A stretch of 64,000 nucleotides of DNA from NCBI GenBank assembly GCA_965203295.1, contig CBDBCZ010000014.1:960001-1024000 (forward strand), read 5' to 3'. This document shows, piece after piece, positions 1-12,131 of the stretch. The DNA comes from Nitrospirales bacterium (GTDB taxonomy: Bacteria > Nitrospirota > Nitrospiria > Nitrospirales > UBA8639). A program made the translations under genes and the position numbers. The notes below the pieces were generated by a model, which saw nothing but the letters and a program-made list of their open reading frames with translations, had not been told where the DNA came from and ran no database searches. Within the stretch, counting starts at the first letter, position 1. The number at the start of each line of letters is the position of its first letter.

Positions 1-517
1 TACACAAATATACACGTGTTTACACGTGTTTACACAAGTAAACACAAGTGCACACATGTATTCCCAGGTATACAGAAGTATATAAAGGCATAAAGAGGTA
101 TTCACGGATATCTACATGAGTAAACACAGGTATACACAAGGAAATGTGGGTATACAGACATATGCACACGTATACACAGTTATACACAAGTATACACAGG
201 TATAAGGAAGTATACACGGGTATATACATTTGTATACACGAGTAAATACAGGTACACACAAGCATACGTAGGTATACACACGTATGAACATGTATACACA
301 AGCATACACAAGTACACACAGGTATAAAGAGATATACACAGGTATCTACATTTGTGTACACGAGTAACACAGGTACGCTCAAGTATATGCGGGTACACAC
401 ACGTATGCACAAGTAAACACAGGTATACACAAGTATACGCAGGCATACACACGTATGCACATGTATACACAGGTATACACAAGTATATATATACACATGT
501 ATAAAGAGGTATACACG
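1..517. repeat. Degenerate ~10-bp minisatellite (TATACACAGG/TATACACAAG), left block
   Basis: Tandem tatacacagg/tatacacaag/aaacacagg units; the VYTC/YTQV ORFs are translations of the repeat. Confidence 0.9.
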
Positions 518-2581
518 GTAGTATCCCACTGCGTGGGCGGTTCAAAAGTGTCGCATGCACATGTATACTATAAACCCCAGCTGTCTAGGGTTTATCTAGA
601 TAAACCCCATGCCATGCAAGTGCAAAAGTTCACAAGATATAAACACTCAATCAAATCAAGCATCTTCTACAAGCTGGTCAACCTCTTCACAATCCTTATG
701 ATGAAGGAAAGGATGAAGGGGTGTTTACAACATTTGTAACTAGGTTACCCTGTGGGCAATTATTGATTGTTCCACCAATAGATGCCAAAAACAAGCTCTG
801 AAGGTTGAAATTTGGTGGTACACATACATGTGATGATACATGGGTTTGTGACTTAACCGATGACTAATGAACTTTTGATAATGGCCTAGACTGAGCAGGT
901 ACAAGACTATCAGGGTATGACTACTCTGCAGGCAAAACGAGCATGTGTGAAATAGTCTATTGCTTTTGTTCACTGGTACGTTCATAGTGATCTATGCCCT
1001 GTTCTCCGCTGTATTTCCCTTTCTGGAACCTCCCCAGTGTACAATGCAGTAGCTCCAGTTACTCGTAGCAAGTGGTTTGTTTTACGCTCCTGCCCACCAG
1101 CTCCTTCAAACATTGCTGCAACCATACCATTCAACTTGTGTTTTCCAAATGGCTAACAATTATATCATGATGGTGCTGGATCATCAGGAACCTGATTCTT
1201 TGGTTGCATATACAGAATATCTTTTTCAAACGCAATTGGCGGTAATTATTAAGGTAGAAATAAAGAAGGTAAACCAAGCACCGCTCCCCATCAGCTGGTG
1301 AAGCATAACCATGGACAACTTTATTCTCAGCGTCTAGCTGCTTCAAACCACCAGTTTGATTCTTGCTTCCTGTTTCCACGTAGACGTACCAATCGGGGTT
1401 GCTCTTACGAATCAACTGGCTAGGCTTTAATTCGCACTGGTCTTCACCTCCCCGTAAACAAAACACCTTCCCAACAGAAAAAAAACACAGCTCTTTGCAA
1501 CATCAGTGGATTTGAAGTGCCGAGTATCTTTTTATCCCAAAGTATGCTTTCTTCTTCCTTGGAAGTAGAAGCAGTTTTGTTAGGGCTAATTAGCTCCAAC
1601 ACCCTTCTCTCGCAGCTGCCTGAACACAGACTCACATGTGCTGTGAAGCTCGCTAAAACGGCCATCTTGCCCTCGAGAAAGTTTGGGGTAAATGGGTCTC
1701 TCTGCTTCATGTAACACAAAATACCGCACAAAAGCTGATAATTGCTCTTCGGTGAATACAAAGAACCGTCAGCCTTTCTGACCTCACTTACAAAAAGGGA
1801 TAACCCGTGGAAAAGTGTACCAATATCACAGGGTGCTTGAAGTAGTTCATCGAGAACGGGATTTCTCCAAACACATCTAGCCACTTGCCACTGCTCAAAA
1901 ACTCGCACGGCCCACTGCGTGATCTTCTCTGTGTACTGAGGTACATATCCCTTTGATTAATTGGTAAGCTTTTCCACATGATGTATCGACAAAACGATTT
2001 TTGACTTCCTTCTTACCCTTCACTTTCTATAAGCGACAAGCTCACTTTGCCACGTAGCTTCACAGAACCCTCGCTTGTGTGCTGATTCTCTTTCTCAGCT
2101 AACTTGGGTTGCTTCTTTGGGGGTAAAAAGTCGGCCATATAATCACGATCGATCATCACACTCGGGCCACTGACTGTAGCAGCACGCATTGGCGTGTAAT
2201 CTGGAGCCTTATCACCAAAATTCTTGCAACAACAAAAGTCTAAACTGAGACAAAATTCGCTAGGTATAGCCAACGGCATAGTTAGCTACAGTTTGCTAAT
2301 AGCGATTCAAACTAGCTGGCAACCAAATCGCATTCGTGTTGCATTGAATACGCATAGCAAACTTGACGTCATACTTATTGAATAGGATTGCTGCATGGAT
2401 ACACTAAGAAACGGTGACGACTTGTGCATCCGGTTGCTAGGCTACCTATGGGATACAAGCCATTTAGACTGCCACAAACATGGGTTTATGGCAAAACACT
2501 CGGTCAGTACTGATAACCTTCCTCGGTGAATACTGACCTCGTGTATTTGCCATAAACCCTAGAAGTGGAAGTCTAAGTAAT
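518..2581 (-). mobile_element. Degraded Crypton-type (tyrosine recombinase-derived, DUF3504/ZMYM-QRICH1-KCTD1-like) element
   Basis: Frameshifted minus-strand ORFs: 1444-1908 (LSLFVSEVRKADGSLYSPKSNYQLLCGI...EEESILWDKKILGTSNPLMLQRAVFF) and 1131-1466 (FCLRGGEDQCELKPSQL...YVYVETGSKNQTGGLKQL...CLVYLL), typical of DUF3504 proteins. Palindromes sit at both edges (588-607; 2464-2576). Confidence 0.75.
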
Positions 2582-3278
2582 ATGTACTTACATTTTGTAT
2601 ACACGAGTAAACACAGCTATGCACAAGTATACACAGGTATACATATGTATTCACATGTATACATAGGTATACACAAGTAAACACAGGTATACACGGTATC
2701 TACATTTGTATACACGAGTAAACACAGGTATACATAAGAATACGTTGGCATAAACACGTATGCACATGTATACACAGGTACTATGCACGAGTAAACACAG
2801 TTAAACACAAGTATACACGGGTATCAACACGTATGCATCATGTATACACGTGGTATACACAATTATAAAGAAGTATACACAAGTATACACAAGTATACAC
2901 AAGTTTACATGGGTATACACATGTATACACAGGAGTATACACAGGTAAACACGGGTATACACAAGTATACACGGGTATACACAAGTATACATAGTACACG
3001 GACAAACACGGGTATACACAAGAATACACAGGTATACAGGTATACCCGGGTATGCACGGGCATAAACGGGTAAACATAAAAATACACAATTATACACAGG
3101 TATACTGTGGTATACATGAGTATATACAGGTACAGACGGGTATACACAAGCACGCACAGGTATACACAAGTATAAACGGGTACACACAGATATACATAGG
3201 TTTACACTGGTGTACACAAGTATACACAGGTATACACAGGTATACCCTGGTATACCTCTGTATACCTGTGTATATACT
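2582..3278. repeat. Degenerate ~10-bp minisatellite, right block; last ~35 bp in inverted orientation
   Basis: Same TATACACA(A/G)G unit as 1-517; switches to tatacctgtgtatatac at ~3241-3278. Confidence 0.9.
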
Positions 3279-3379
3279 GCTTCTCTTGCTGGAAGCAGCA
3301 TTCTAATTAGAGGGCTTGCACACTAGAATATTTGTATGTACGGATCTAGAAATGTAGCAGACCCACCTCAATATAATCT

Positions 3380-4440
3380 AGCCAAAGCGCCTCCTAATGC
3401 AGACACCTCTCATCACATACCTTCATGATCAGGCCCCCGGTAGAGGGTAGAGATATTATCGTAAACTACGTATTATCCTCCCATGATGTATTATTCGCCC
3501 ATCCCCCTCTTTGAGTCAAAAGTATGTCAGAGGATCTCCTGTCTTCCTCACGAAGAGCACTTTTGTGGTGCCACGAGATGCTCTTCTCACTGCACCGGGT
3601 ATTGCTATGCACTATGTAGCATATTCCCCAGCCACACTGGGGAACAAGGCTCTTCACTACGGTCCACATACATACCCAGAGTGACTTCTTGCTGGCTGAA
3701 GGTCAAGCATTCCTGGAAGTCTTCATAAGATGAGGTGGGTCTGAGAAGCAGAATAGCTGCCTATCTTCCGAGGTAAAAGGGCTTGGTACGTTGTGCACCA
3801 TTTCAGGTCCAGCACTATGCAACTTCATGAGCACACGATTCACAGAGTTGCCATCTAAAGTAGCTCCTAATACCTGAATAGATAAGCATAAACTGTGAAC
3901 TGCTATATATATGCAAAGATGCGTTAATGTACTAACCTTCAGGCCACGACTTTCAATTCTGCCCACAGCATCCCAGAATGGAGTGTACAGCTTCTCTCCT
4001 GTCAGAGTACTGCATGGGATCTAAGGACAGGGGACCTAAAACTTGTTGAACAGTCCCAACAACATGAAAACTACCACAGATATCGCCGAAAACAGTGGTT
4101 GTACACCACCACTGAGAGCCGTTTCGTATGTACCCAGGTGATCATTGATGTTGCCAAGGTTGGTGAAACCAATAAGTTCACCAGTGTGCTTGTAATAAAC
4201 AAGGTCTTCGCATACATGCATCTCATCCAGAATCAGCTAAGCATACTTGATGCGCTCGGGACAGCCCTTCACCTCAGCAGCTTCAACCAGCATGTCGTTG
4301 ACTTTCTCAGGACTTGCAATGGCATAAATGCATGTAGTCATGCAAGGTGTGTTAATATTAAGAAAAGACAATACTGCCGACTGTATCATTAAAGTACCCT
4401 TACGGAACGATGATGGATGTACAAGTGCCATCTAAACATG
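3380..4440 (-). pseudogene. Decayed, intron-containing P-element/THAP9-like transposase
   Basis: Fragments MHVCEDLVYYKHTGELIGFTNLGNINDHL...VVVFMLLGLF (4036-4221) and VLGATLDGNSVNR...QLFCFSDPPHLMKTSRNA (3703-3870, DxxH motif), with stops and frameshifts between them. Boundaries approximate. Confidence 0.8.
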
Positions 4441-4992
4441 CTGTTGCCAAAATAGCTCCTGAGAGGAGGAAGCACTATGTCACCGATTGAAGGTTTCTTG
4501 GTTGGCTGGCTATCCGTGAATTACCAATTATTCCACTTCTCCGGCCATTGATAAACTAAGAACTTTCCTTTTGCCAACGTTTCCACCAACTGCGTTGCCT
4601 TCTTCAGGGCACCGAAATACACAGAAAACTATGCAAATCAAACCAATTAGCAACGCTGCAAATCGAGCCCCGCCTCTTGATGACGTCATTTTCCGGAGCG
4701 TTAGATATGACTATAATATGGACCGGACCAACGGATCCATTGATTTATCATGCACACGACTATGGTCCGTGAAGTAGTCATTATACGTAAGCTATATTAC
4801 GGTAGTCATTATAGGCTATTTATTATAAATAGCAAGCTTGTTATAATGCGCGTCATCAAGAAAACTGAAAGGCAGGCGATGTCGTGCACAATGAGCGCTG
4901 TAAGTTATTCCAGCGGTGGGGGAGAGCGGGAATGTTTCACATGCACCCTCCCCAAATAAACCCTTGCTGTTTTGTACGGTGGCCGAGAAGGT

Positions 4993-5085
4993 TCACCCGC
5001 CGCGGGCACAGCAGGCATGGGCGGGTACCGCAGCCGGGGCATGGGCGGGTACCGCCGCGGGCAGGGGCTGGTACCGCCGCGGGTA
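4993..5085. repeat. Short GC-rich tandem repeat (GGCATGGGCGGGTACCGC core, ~3 degenerate units)
   Basis: ggcatgggcgggtaccgc occurs twice plus ggctggtaccgccgcgggt, in an AT-rich background. Confidence 0.7.
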
Positions 5086-6084
5086 TGAGTGCACGGCAGC
5101 TACGTACGGAAGGCACTGTATTCTCTGGGAAAAGGTTGGGCTCATTACCTGGGATTGATCTATGCTAAAGGCCCAGCCAATTCTTAATGTATAGCTGATA
5201 TAAATGTAAGTCAGCAAGCCATGAATAAGTCCTGCATTCAAGGGCTAATCATGGCATCTGTGAGCTAGCATGTGGTAATTTAAAACTGGTTAGATAAGCA
5301 GCATGCAACCTCTGTTCGACGGTAATATTCAATACTGAACATGTATATTATAGCAAGCAAATGGAGTATATTATTTTATAGAGAGTACTACAGTCTTGAT
5401 TGTAACGGATCATGCCATGGATGTCTTGCCATCAAAAGCTCGTATCATTCCTGGCCACCGTACCAGGACATAACCTATAAAATTCGAGATACATAATGGT
5501 GATTGCATGCAAATAGCATGATCATTAAAGTAATATAATATATCTTACTTGGTCAGTGGCAAGCCTCTTGTCATTCAACTTATCATCCATCACATGCTCA
5601 TGCAGTCTACACAAGAGAGGGAGAGAGAGAGGGAGATAAGATACTGCAGCATTAAAGAAATTTCTCCTAATGCTAATCAGATTCTAGCCCTCCCATTTAG
5701 CACTGAAGACCTTCATATACCATGTATAGGTTTCCAGAACTACCTACATGTATACAAGAAAAATACACTGCTAGCTACATGCAGTAAATTGTAGACTATA
5801 AGGTAACATGGGGTAATTCCGGTGTCAAGGTATTTTGGGGACCCCCTAAATTGGGGACCCGGGGTCCCTAAACTACCGGTAGAATGGGGACCCCGTCCCC
5901 ATTCTACCGGTAGTTTAGGGACCCCGGGTCCCCAATTTACCGGTATAATAGGGACCCCTTCGTGAAAATAGGGACCCTTAGGGGTCCCTATTCTACCGGT
6001 AAATTGGGGACCCGGGGTCCCTAAACTACCGGTAGAATGGGGACCCCTCTGCCCATTCTACCGGTATAATGGGCCAGATTTTGC

Positions 6085-6460
6085 GTAGACATATTAGCTA
6101 TGTCACGCTTATAGCAATATTATTAAAGTATTGTAAGTTTCTAAGATCATTCCATGTGCAATAAAAATGCAGTCACAAATGTAGTGGGTGCATATACAAA
6201 GTAAACAAAACAGATACTTATACACAATGCAAATTAAAGTAACTAAACAATACTGTAACATAGATTGACATATAGCTATGTCACGCTTATAATAATATTA
6301 TTAAAGTATTTAAGTTTCTATTAAGATCATGCCATGTGCAATAAAAATGCAGTCACAAATGTAGTGTGTGCATACAAAGTAAACAAAACATACAATGCAA
6401 TTTAAAGTAACTAAACAATACACAAATTAAAGTAACTAAACAATACATAGACATATAGCT
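6085..6460. repeat. ~175-bp imperfect tandem duplication inside the Ginger element, downstream of the stop codon
   Basis: gacatat..agctatgtcacgcttata..aataaaaatgcagtcacaaatgtagt..aaagtaactaaacaatac occurs twice, plus a partial third copy. Confidence 0.8.
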
Positions 6461-6494
6461 ATGCATGCAATAACAAATGAAGTGGTAGCTATAC

Positions 6495-9313
6495 TTACAA
6501 CAGACAGGAAGGACATACATAATGTTCAGGTTCCTTCCTGATTCCTACGCACTTAAAATGATACCAGGTGTCACAGTCATCACACTGAACCATTCTTGTA
6601 TCGTAGCTCTCTGGCATCTTACATGTGCAGTATAAATGAATGAAAATGTGTTTTTTGTGCTCACTGTAGTGCTCTGGCCAGCTTCGAGTGTTGGGAATGG
6701 TGCCAGAGCCTGTGCTTCAAAACAGCGCAGAAGATGTTGCCTCATTTGGCTCTGGTCCAGTCGAAGTCGGCCTGGATTGTCCCCCCTTGCTCTGTGATAG
6801 GCTGTAGCGATGCTGAAGAGCCCACAGTCGACCATTCCTTCCTGCTGCTGGCAAGGAACTCTGGTAACTAGAATGGCACCATTGGTCTGGAACTTTCCAT
6901 AGATCTGTGCGATTTGCTCTTCTAATGTAGACGGCAGTGTGCTGCTGAACATGCTGTCAAATAACTGGACTTCTCCCTTGTGGAGAGCAGTGGTTACCCA
7001 GTGTCCATGGCCATTGTAGAGAATTTGGATTGCTGTAAAATAAGTGAAAAGTCATGTGTTACTGTATGAATGTATTTATGTACAATATTATGCTAGACAC
7101 TTACAATCCTTGGTTACTTGGCTAAATCCATTTGTTTGTGCCAGAAGTGTGGTTTGTAGACCATCAAGATGAGGAAATTGCTTCTGTAGCAATATATGTG
7201 CAGCATGCATATGCTTGTCAGTAAGCATTTGACCATTCTGAAGCTTTTGCCGATCCAAAATGGACAGGTCCAATTCCTGAATCCATTTCTGTAATAGAAT
7301 ACAAGGGGGTAATTAACTACCATTGTCAATAAATGCTATAATATATATATATATATATATTTAATATACATAACTATATCTTATATATAATATAATAATA
7401 TATATAGCTAGATTAGTGTATAGCTATACCTCTGGCGTTGAACTTGGCTTCTTTCTGCACGGTCTCTTTGGTGGAGGGCGATCATTTTCATCATCAGGCT
7501 ATAATATGAGGAAGTGACATTGTATAAGTACTGAGATCATTAAGCAATAGTTTCTTTCCTTACATCGCTCCTTTTCTTGTAAAGCTTCAACCTATTGATA
7601 TTGACCTTCTGCTTCATCAGCTCGCCTTCCTTGTTCTTGAGCTCATAGACTCCTTTGCCTACATGTCGATGAATGGTGTATGGACCAAGAAAAGCTGGCT
7701 CCATCTTCCCTCCTTTGCGCTGTTTCTGTTTCGTATTCTCCACCAACACTGTCACACCAACTGCAAGAGCCTATGTATGGTATTGTTAGTTGGTAAATCA
7801 CACAATTTGTTACACAATTTATGTTAACTAACTTGTTGCTGATGCTTGCGATCATAGGTCTCTTTTTGTTGTTTCTGTGCAGTGGTGATATTGGCCTCCA
7901 CTTTTTTGAACGCTTGTTCCCTCACCGTCATCAGCTGGGAGATTACTCGCTCAACTTCTTCACAGTCAACTTCTTCACTGGCATTCTCATCTGCAAGGAG
8001 CACTAAACATAAGAGCATGCATTAATCTAATGCATTTTAGTGTTTACCTGCAGGTGGCATGACTTCACAGTCTACGGGAAGCCTCATGTTCTGCTGAAAA
8101 AGCATGAAGTAAGGGGAGTGCTTCGTTGTTGTCTGACGAGAAGCTCGATATCCCATGAGGACTGTGTCTATTTTTAGATCCCAGTCACTCTGAGCATCAT
8201 CGATGATTTTGGCCAAACATCTTGACAGAGTCTGGTTGAATCTCTCTGTCAATCCGTTGGTCTAAAGAAAAGAAAAGGTACAATTGACATATATACACAC
8301 CACTGCATACTGCATGCACACATACCTGTGGATGGTAAGCACTAGTTATTCTGTGTTCTGTCTGTGTGATTGTGTACAGCTCCTGTGAGACTTCATTTAC
8401 GAATTCCCTGCCCTGATCGGTTATGAGTACCTCAGGACATCCGTACCGACACATCACCTGTGGAAGACATTATTTTAGTGACTTAATAACATAAGTTGTA
8501 TACAACATGTAATATTGCGATACACAATTGACAATTAACTTACTGAATAGATGAATCGTGCTACCCCAATTGCTGTCTTGTTTTGAAGTGGTGCGGCCTC
8601 TGCCCACTTGGAGAAGTAATCGGTGAGGGTTATGATATACTTATTCCCTCTGGGTGTCTCTGTGAGTGGGCCAATCAAATCCATCCCCACTTGGTGCCAT
8701 ATCTTGGAAGTGACTGGCACTGGATGGAGGACACCTGAAGCCTTCTGGAGCTTCTTGTTGTTTCTCTGACACTGGTCACATGACTCAACCTGAGGGCATA
8801 ATTACGTACAGTTATGCAGACAAGCCTCAGTGCAGTGTAAAAACATTGTAAAATCATCTATAGACTTACATAATGTCGAACATCTTTTGATAGCCCAGGC
8901 CAGTAGTACTTCTTGGATACAATATCCAATGTTCGGTTGACACCAAAGTGGCTAGCATCATGTGTCGCAGAGATGATCCTATGACGCTTAGTGGCATCTT
9001 CAACCACCAGTCGGTTCTCATCTGCTCTACCTGTGCACATATGTAGTGAATTTGCATAACTTACAGATGTTTATATACAATCTATAGTGTATACTGCATC
9101 ATTGTACTTACCTCCAACATAGTAGAGATTCTCTTTTTTGACTGCAAAGTACTTTGATCTCTTCCTAATAGCTAGTTTGTCCTCTTTGGTGAATCCTTCA
9201 GGGTAGGACCTCATTGTAACATACTCGTAGATTTCACTATAGGAGAAGCGTCCTTCTCGCAAATTCGTAGATTCTTTCAGCGCAACTCGTTCATTCTCCG
9301 GGGATCGATCCAT
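6495..9313 (-). CDS. Ginger transposase, 10 exons: HHCC zinc finger + DDE integrase + GPY module + Ulp1/C48-like protease + PHD finger (PHD in -1 frame)
   Basis: Exons 9313-9112, 9030-8870, 8789-8544, 8457-8326, 8261-8048, 7990-7833, 7770-7564, 7498-7430, 7288-7105, 7032-6495, all GT-AG with compatible phases. Motifs: HDASH..CDQC; GMDLIGP / ITDQGREF / GLTERFN; FLGPYTI; GHWV..FDS..QQQEGMVDCGLF; YCTCKMP..MVQCDDCDTWYHFKCVG..YVCPSC. About 686 aa in frame 0, about 703 aa with the shift at ~6650. Confidence 0.88.
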
Positions 9314-10751
9314 TTCGCATTGAGTCTTAGTGACATGTGACATGTACAGCAAGTGGCTTATATAGCGCCAGATGTCAAAGCATCCTTTCTAACGTATCTG
9401 TAGACTTATGACGCTTGACAGCACTTGACTTCCTTGATAGATTTAGATATGGGACATGCGTCCGTCAAACCCATGACCTTTAGCGTCGGTCAAAGCGCTA
9501 GAGTTAGCTACCATTGTATTGAACATGGACCCAGTAGGTCCATTAATATTTTAAAAGAGTTCAAAGCGTTATATTTCTTTGCTAGAGTTAGCTTCGGGAC
9601 AAGTATAAAGATCGCTGTTCATCCACGCAAAGGGGTCCCTAAAGTACCGCGGGGGTGCCCATTTTACCGGTAGATTAGGGACCCGGGGTCCCTAAATTCA
9701 TGGGGTCCCCAAAATTTTATGACACCGGTCAAACTTTAGCATTTGGAAAAGGTAAGGGCACTGTTCTGCAACTAACCATTCTTTTCCAACGACTCCGCCA
9801 CGATTTTAAACCCTGGGGTATACTCGTCTAAATTCTAAAAGCACTCCGCTGTAGACCAATTACATCGCTAGAAACATCCATTTAATTGTGCCTAGGTCTC
9901 CGCCCACGAAAAATCAAATTCTCCGGGTATTTCCGGTCGAAGCTAAAACGCGTGTTTGCAGTGCAAGAGGATGTTTTAAGCCAGTTTGCTTACCTGGCAA
10001 GCTCCAGTGGTGTAAATATCTAGCACTATTTTTTTGTCTCACCTGAGTGGTGGTCTTGTAGTGTACTGTATGGTACTGCAAACTGTTTTGCTGCACTTCT
10101 GAGGCTCATCCCTTCTTGTACTGCCTTGAGGGCTGCCCGAATGGTCTGAAGGCGATTAATCTAAGCTTTGTAGGCGTGATGGAGGCTGATTGTGAATTTG
10201 CCGCCAAAACGTTCCGTTTTTTGGACATGCACAACTTTTTGTTAATAATATCCGTGACCTCCCACCCGATACTTCAAATGCAGACTCGCCCCGTGGGGTA
10301 AAGGAAAGGAAACATCAGGCCCCACCAGCAGTGTAAGCCTACATTAGCTGATATGCCTAAAGGTTCCGAAGTAGTTAGTGATTGCTTAGTATTTTTGCTA
10401 GACCCTCGTGAGTAAAGTTGTGTGCTGCCGAGGTGGGTGGAGCTCAGCCGACTGCAGAGGGGAAAAGCTGCCGATTCTGCGAAGTGCGAGGAGTAGTGCG
10501 GATACAACTGCACTTCCAGTACAAGTAGTAGTTACTCTCACTGCCACATAAGCGGGACTTCCAAAGAATCTATGTTCTGTGTTTGGTGGTGGCTACCGCG
10601 CGAGACTGACCGGAATTACCCCGTGACCGGAAATACCCCGCGCTACCTTACATGTACTGCTAACTTACAACTCCATAAAAAGTACACGTCACTCTTTGGC
10701 AACAAAAGCTGTGCGGAGGCCTGGAAACGAGGCTAGCTATCCCCACCTACT

Positions 10752-12131
10752 ACAGTCTATGGGATTTCCTGCAGTATCTCGACGGGAGAAGTGGGTCTAG
10801 GTATTCCTACACACTTCCAGTGTGCTTTGTTGGCTGTACAGTTGCCTATGTTTTAACGACTGGTGTACTACAGCCAGGTGCGTCATGTATGATCTAGTGC
10901 CAGGAGATTGCTGTGTAATTGCATGCCATAGAGCGATCCTAGGTGGGTACCAGTTCGGGTTAGCTAGCTAAACTATTACATGACTGTCAGATAAATGCTC
11001 ACGTTCATATATTGGATGTGAACCACATTGAGACTATCCTGTGGATCATCAAGTACAATCATATGGGTTAGGGCAAATTGTGAGAAGTTGAACTGTGGGT
11101 ATATATCAGTCTGAGCAGCATTCAAGTTTTGATGCTCACAGGGTACTTCATCTTCTCAGAACCTGCTTGAACCAGCCCTCTTTCAACTTTAACCATGGCG
11201 TGTCTGCGATAATCCACACCTAAAGGAGAGTTCATTAATATATAAACCATGGCCAGGAGGTGTACATGTATATCAGTGATATACTACCTGCAGTGGAGGT
11301 GTTTGGGAATATACCATGAGGGCCACAGGCCCAAGGTATAAACCTCTGAACACCAGCAAGTGGTATAGCAATGCTATTCACCGATTGGACATGGTTCATA
11401 TGTTATATATCATGTACAATCTTGATGAGGTGTAATCCTCCACAGTCTATGGGATTTCCTGCAGTATCTCGACGGGAGAAGTGGGTCTAGGTATTCCTAC
11501 ACACTTCCAGTGTGCTTTGTTGGCTGTACAGTTGCCTATGTTTTAACGACTGGTGTACTACAGCCAGGTGCGTCATGTATGATCTAGTGCCAGGAGATTG
11601 CTGTGTAATTGCATGCCATAGAGCGATGCTAGGTGGGTACCAGTTCGGGTTAGCTAGCTAAACTATTACATGACTGTCAGATAAATGCTCATGTTCATAT
11701 ATTGGATGTGAACCACATTGAGACTATCCTGTGGATCATCAAGTACAATCATATGGGTTAGGGCAAATTGTGAGAAGTTGAACTGTGGGTATATATCAGT
11801 CTGAGCAGCATTCAAGTTTTGATGCTCACAGGGTACTTCATCTTCTCAGAACCTGCTTGAACCAGCCCTCTTTCAACTTTAACCATGGCGTGTCTATGAT
11901 AATCCACACCTAAAGGAGAGTTCATTAATATATAAACCATGGCCAGGAGGTGTACATGTATATCAGTGATATACTACCTGCAGTGGAGGTGTTTGGGAAT
12001 ATACCATGAGGGCCACAGGCCCAAGGTATAAACCTCTGAACACCAGCAAGTGGTATAGCAATGCTATTCACCGATTGGACATGGTTCATATGTTATATAT
12101 CATGTAGAATCTTGATGAGGTGTAATCCTCC
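10752..12131. repeat. 690-bp near-identical tandem duplication containing two exon-like segments (minus strand) of an unidentified gene
   Basis: 10752-11441 matches 11442-12131 with few substitutions. AG/GT-bounded segment reads GVDY(R/H)RHAMVKVERGLVQAGSEKMKYP; a terminal segment reads EYLDPLLPSRYCRKSHRL*; an upstream exon-like piece lies at ~12180-12296. Confidence 0.85.

Larger units (their letters stand above)
5823..9724 (-). mobile_element. Full-length Ginger1-type DNA transposon
   Basis: Starts TGTCA and ends TGACA. ~70-bp imperfect TIRs (tgtcaaggtattttggggacccc.. vs rc tgtcataaaattttggggacccc..). 4-bp CCGG TSD at 5819-5822 and 9725-9728. Encodes a Gypsy-like integrase but no RT or gag. 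Confidence 0.92.
5801..10648 (-). mobile_element. Internally deleted pogo/Tc1-mariner-type element (TA TSD), interrupted by the Ginger element
   Basis: TA|AGGTAACATGGGGTAATTCCGG(..)TCA at left and TGACCGGAAATACCCCGCGCTACCT|TA at right form TIRs. The minus strand at ~10040-10145 translates to IRAALKAVQEGMSLRSAAKQFAVPYSTLQDHHSG, a pipsqueak-type HTH of pogo transposases. No DDE domain seen. Confidence 0.8.

Noticed and set aside
20..3306. Long Cys/Tyr/Val-rich ORFs (VYTCVYLCI...)
   Set aside because: They are translations of the 10-bp minisatellite, open in several frames on both strands.
4700..4835. Weak palindromes near the 5' side of the P-element relic
   Set aside because: I could not pair them with a second terminus or a TSD.
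7540..9313. Gypsy LTR retrotransposon pol
   Set aside because: No RT, RNase H, gag or LTRs; introns, TIRs and the CCGG TSD indicate a Ginger DNA transposon.
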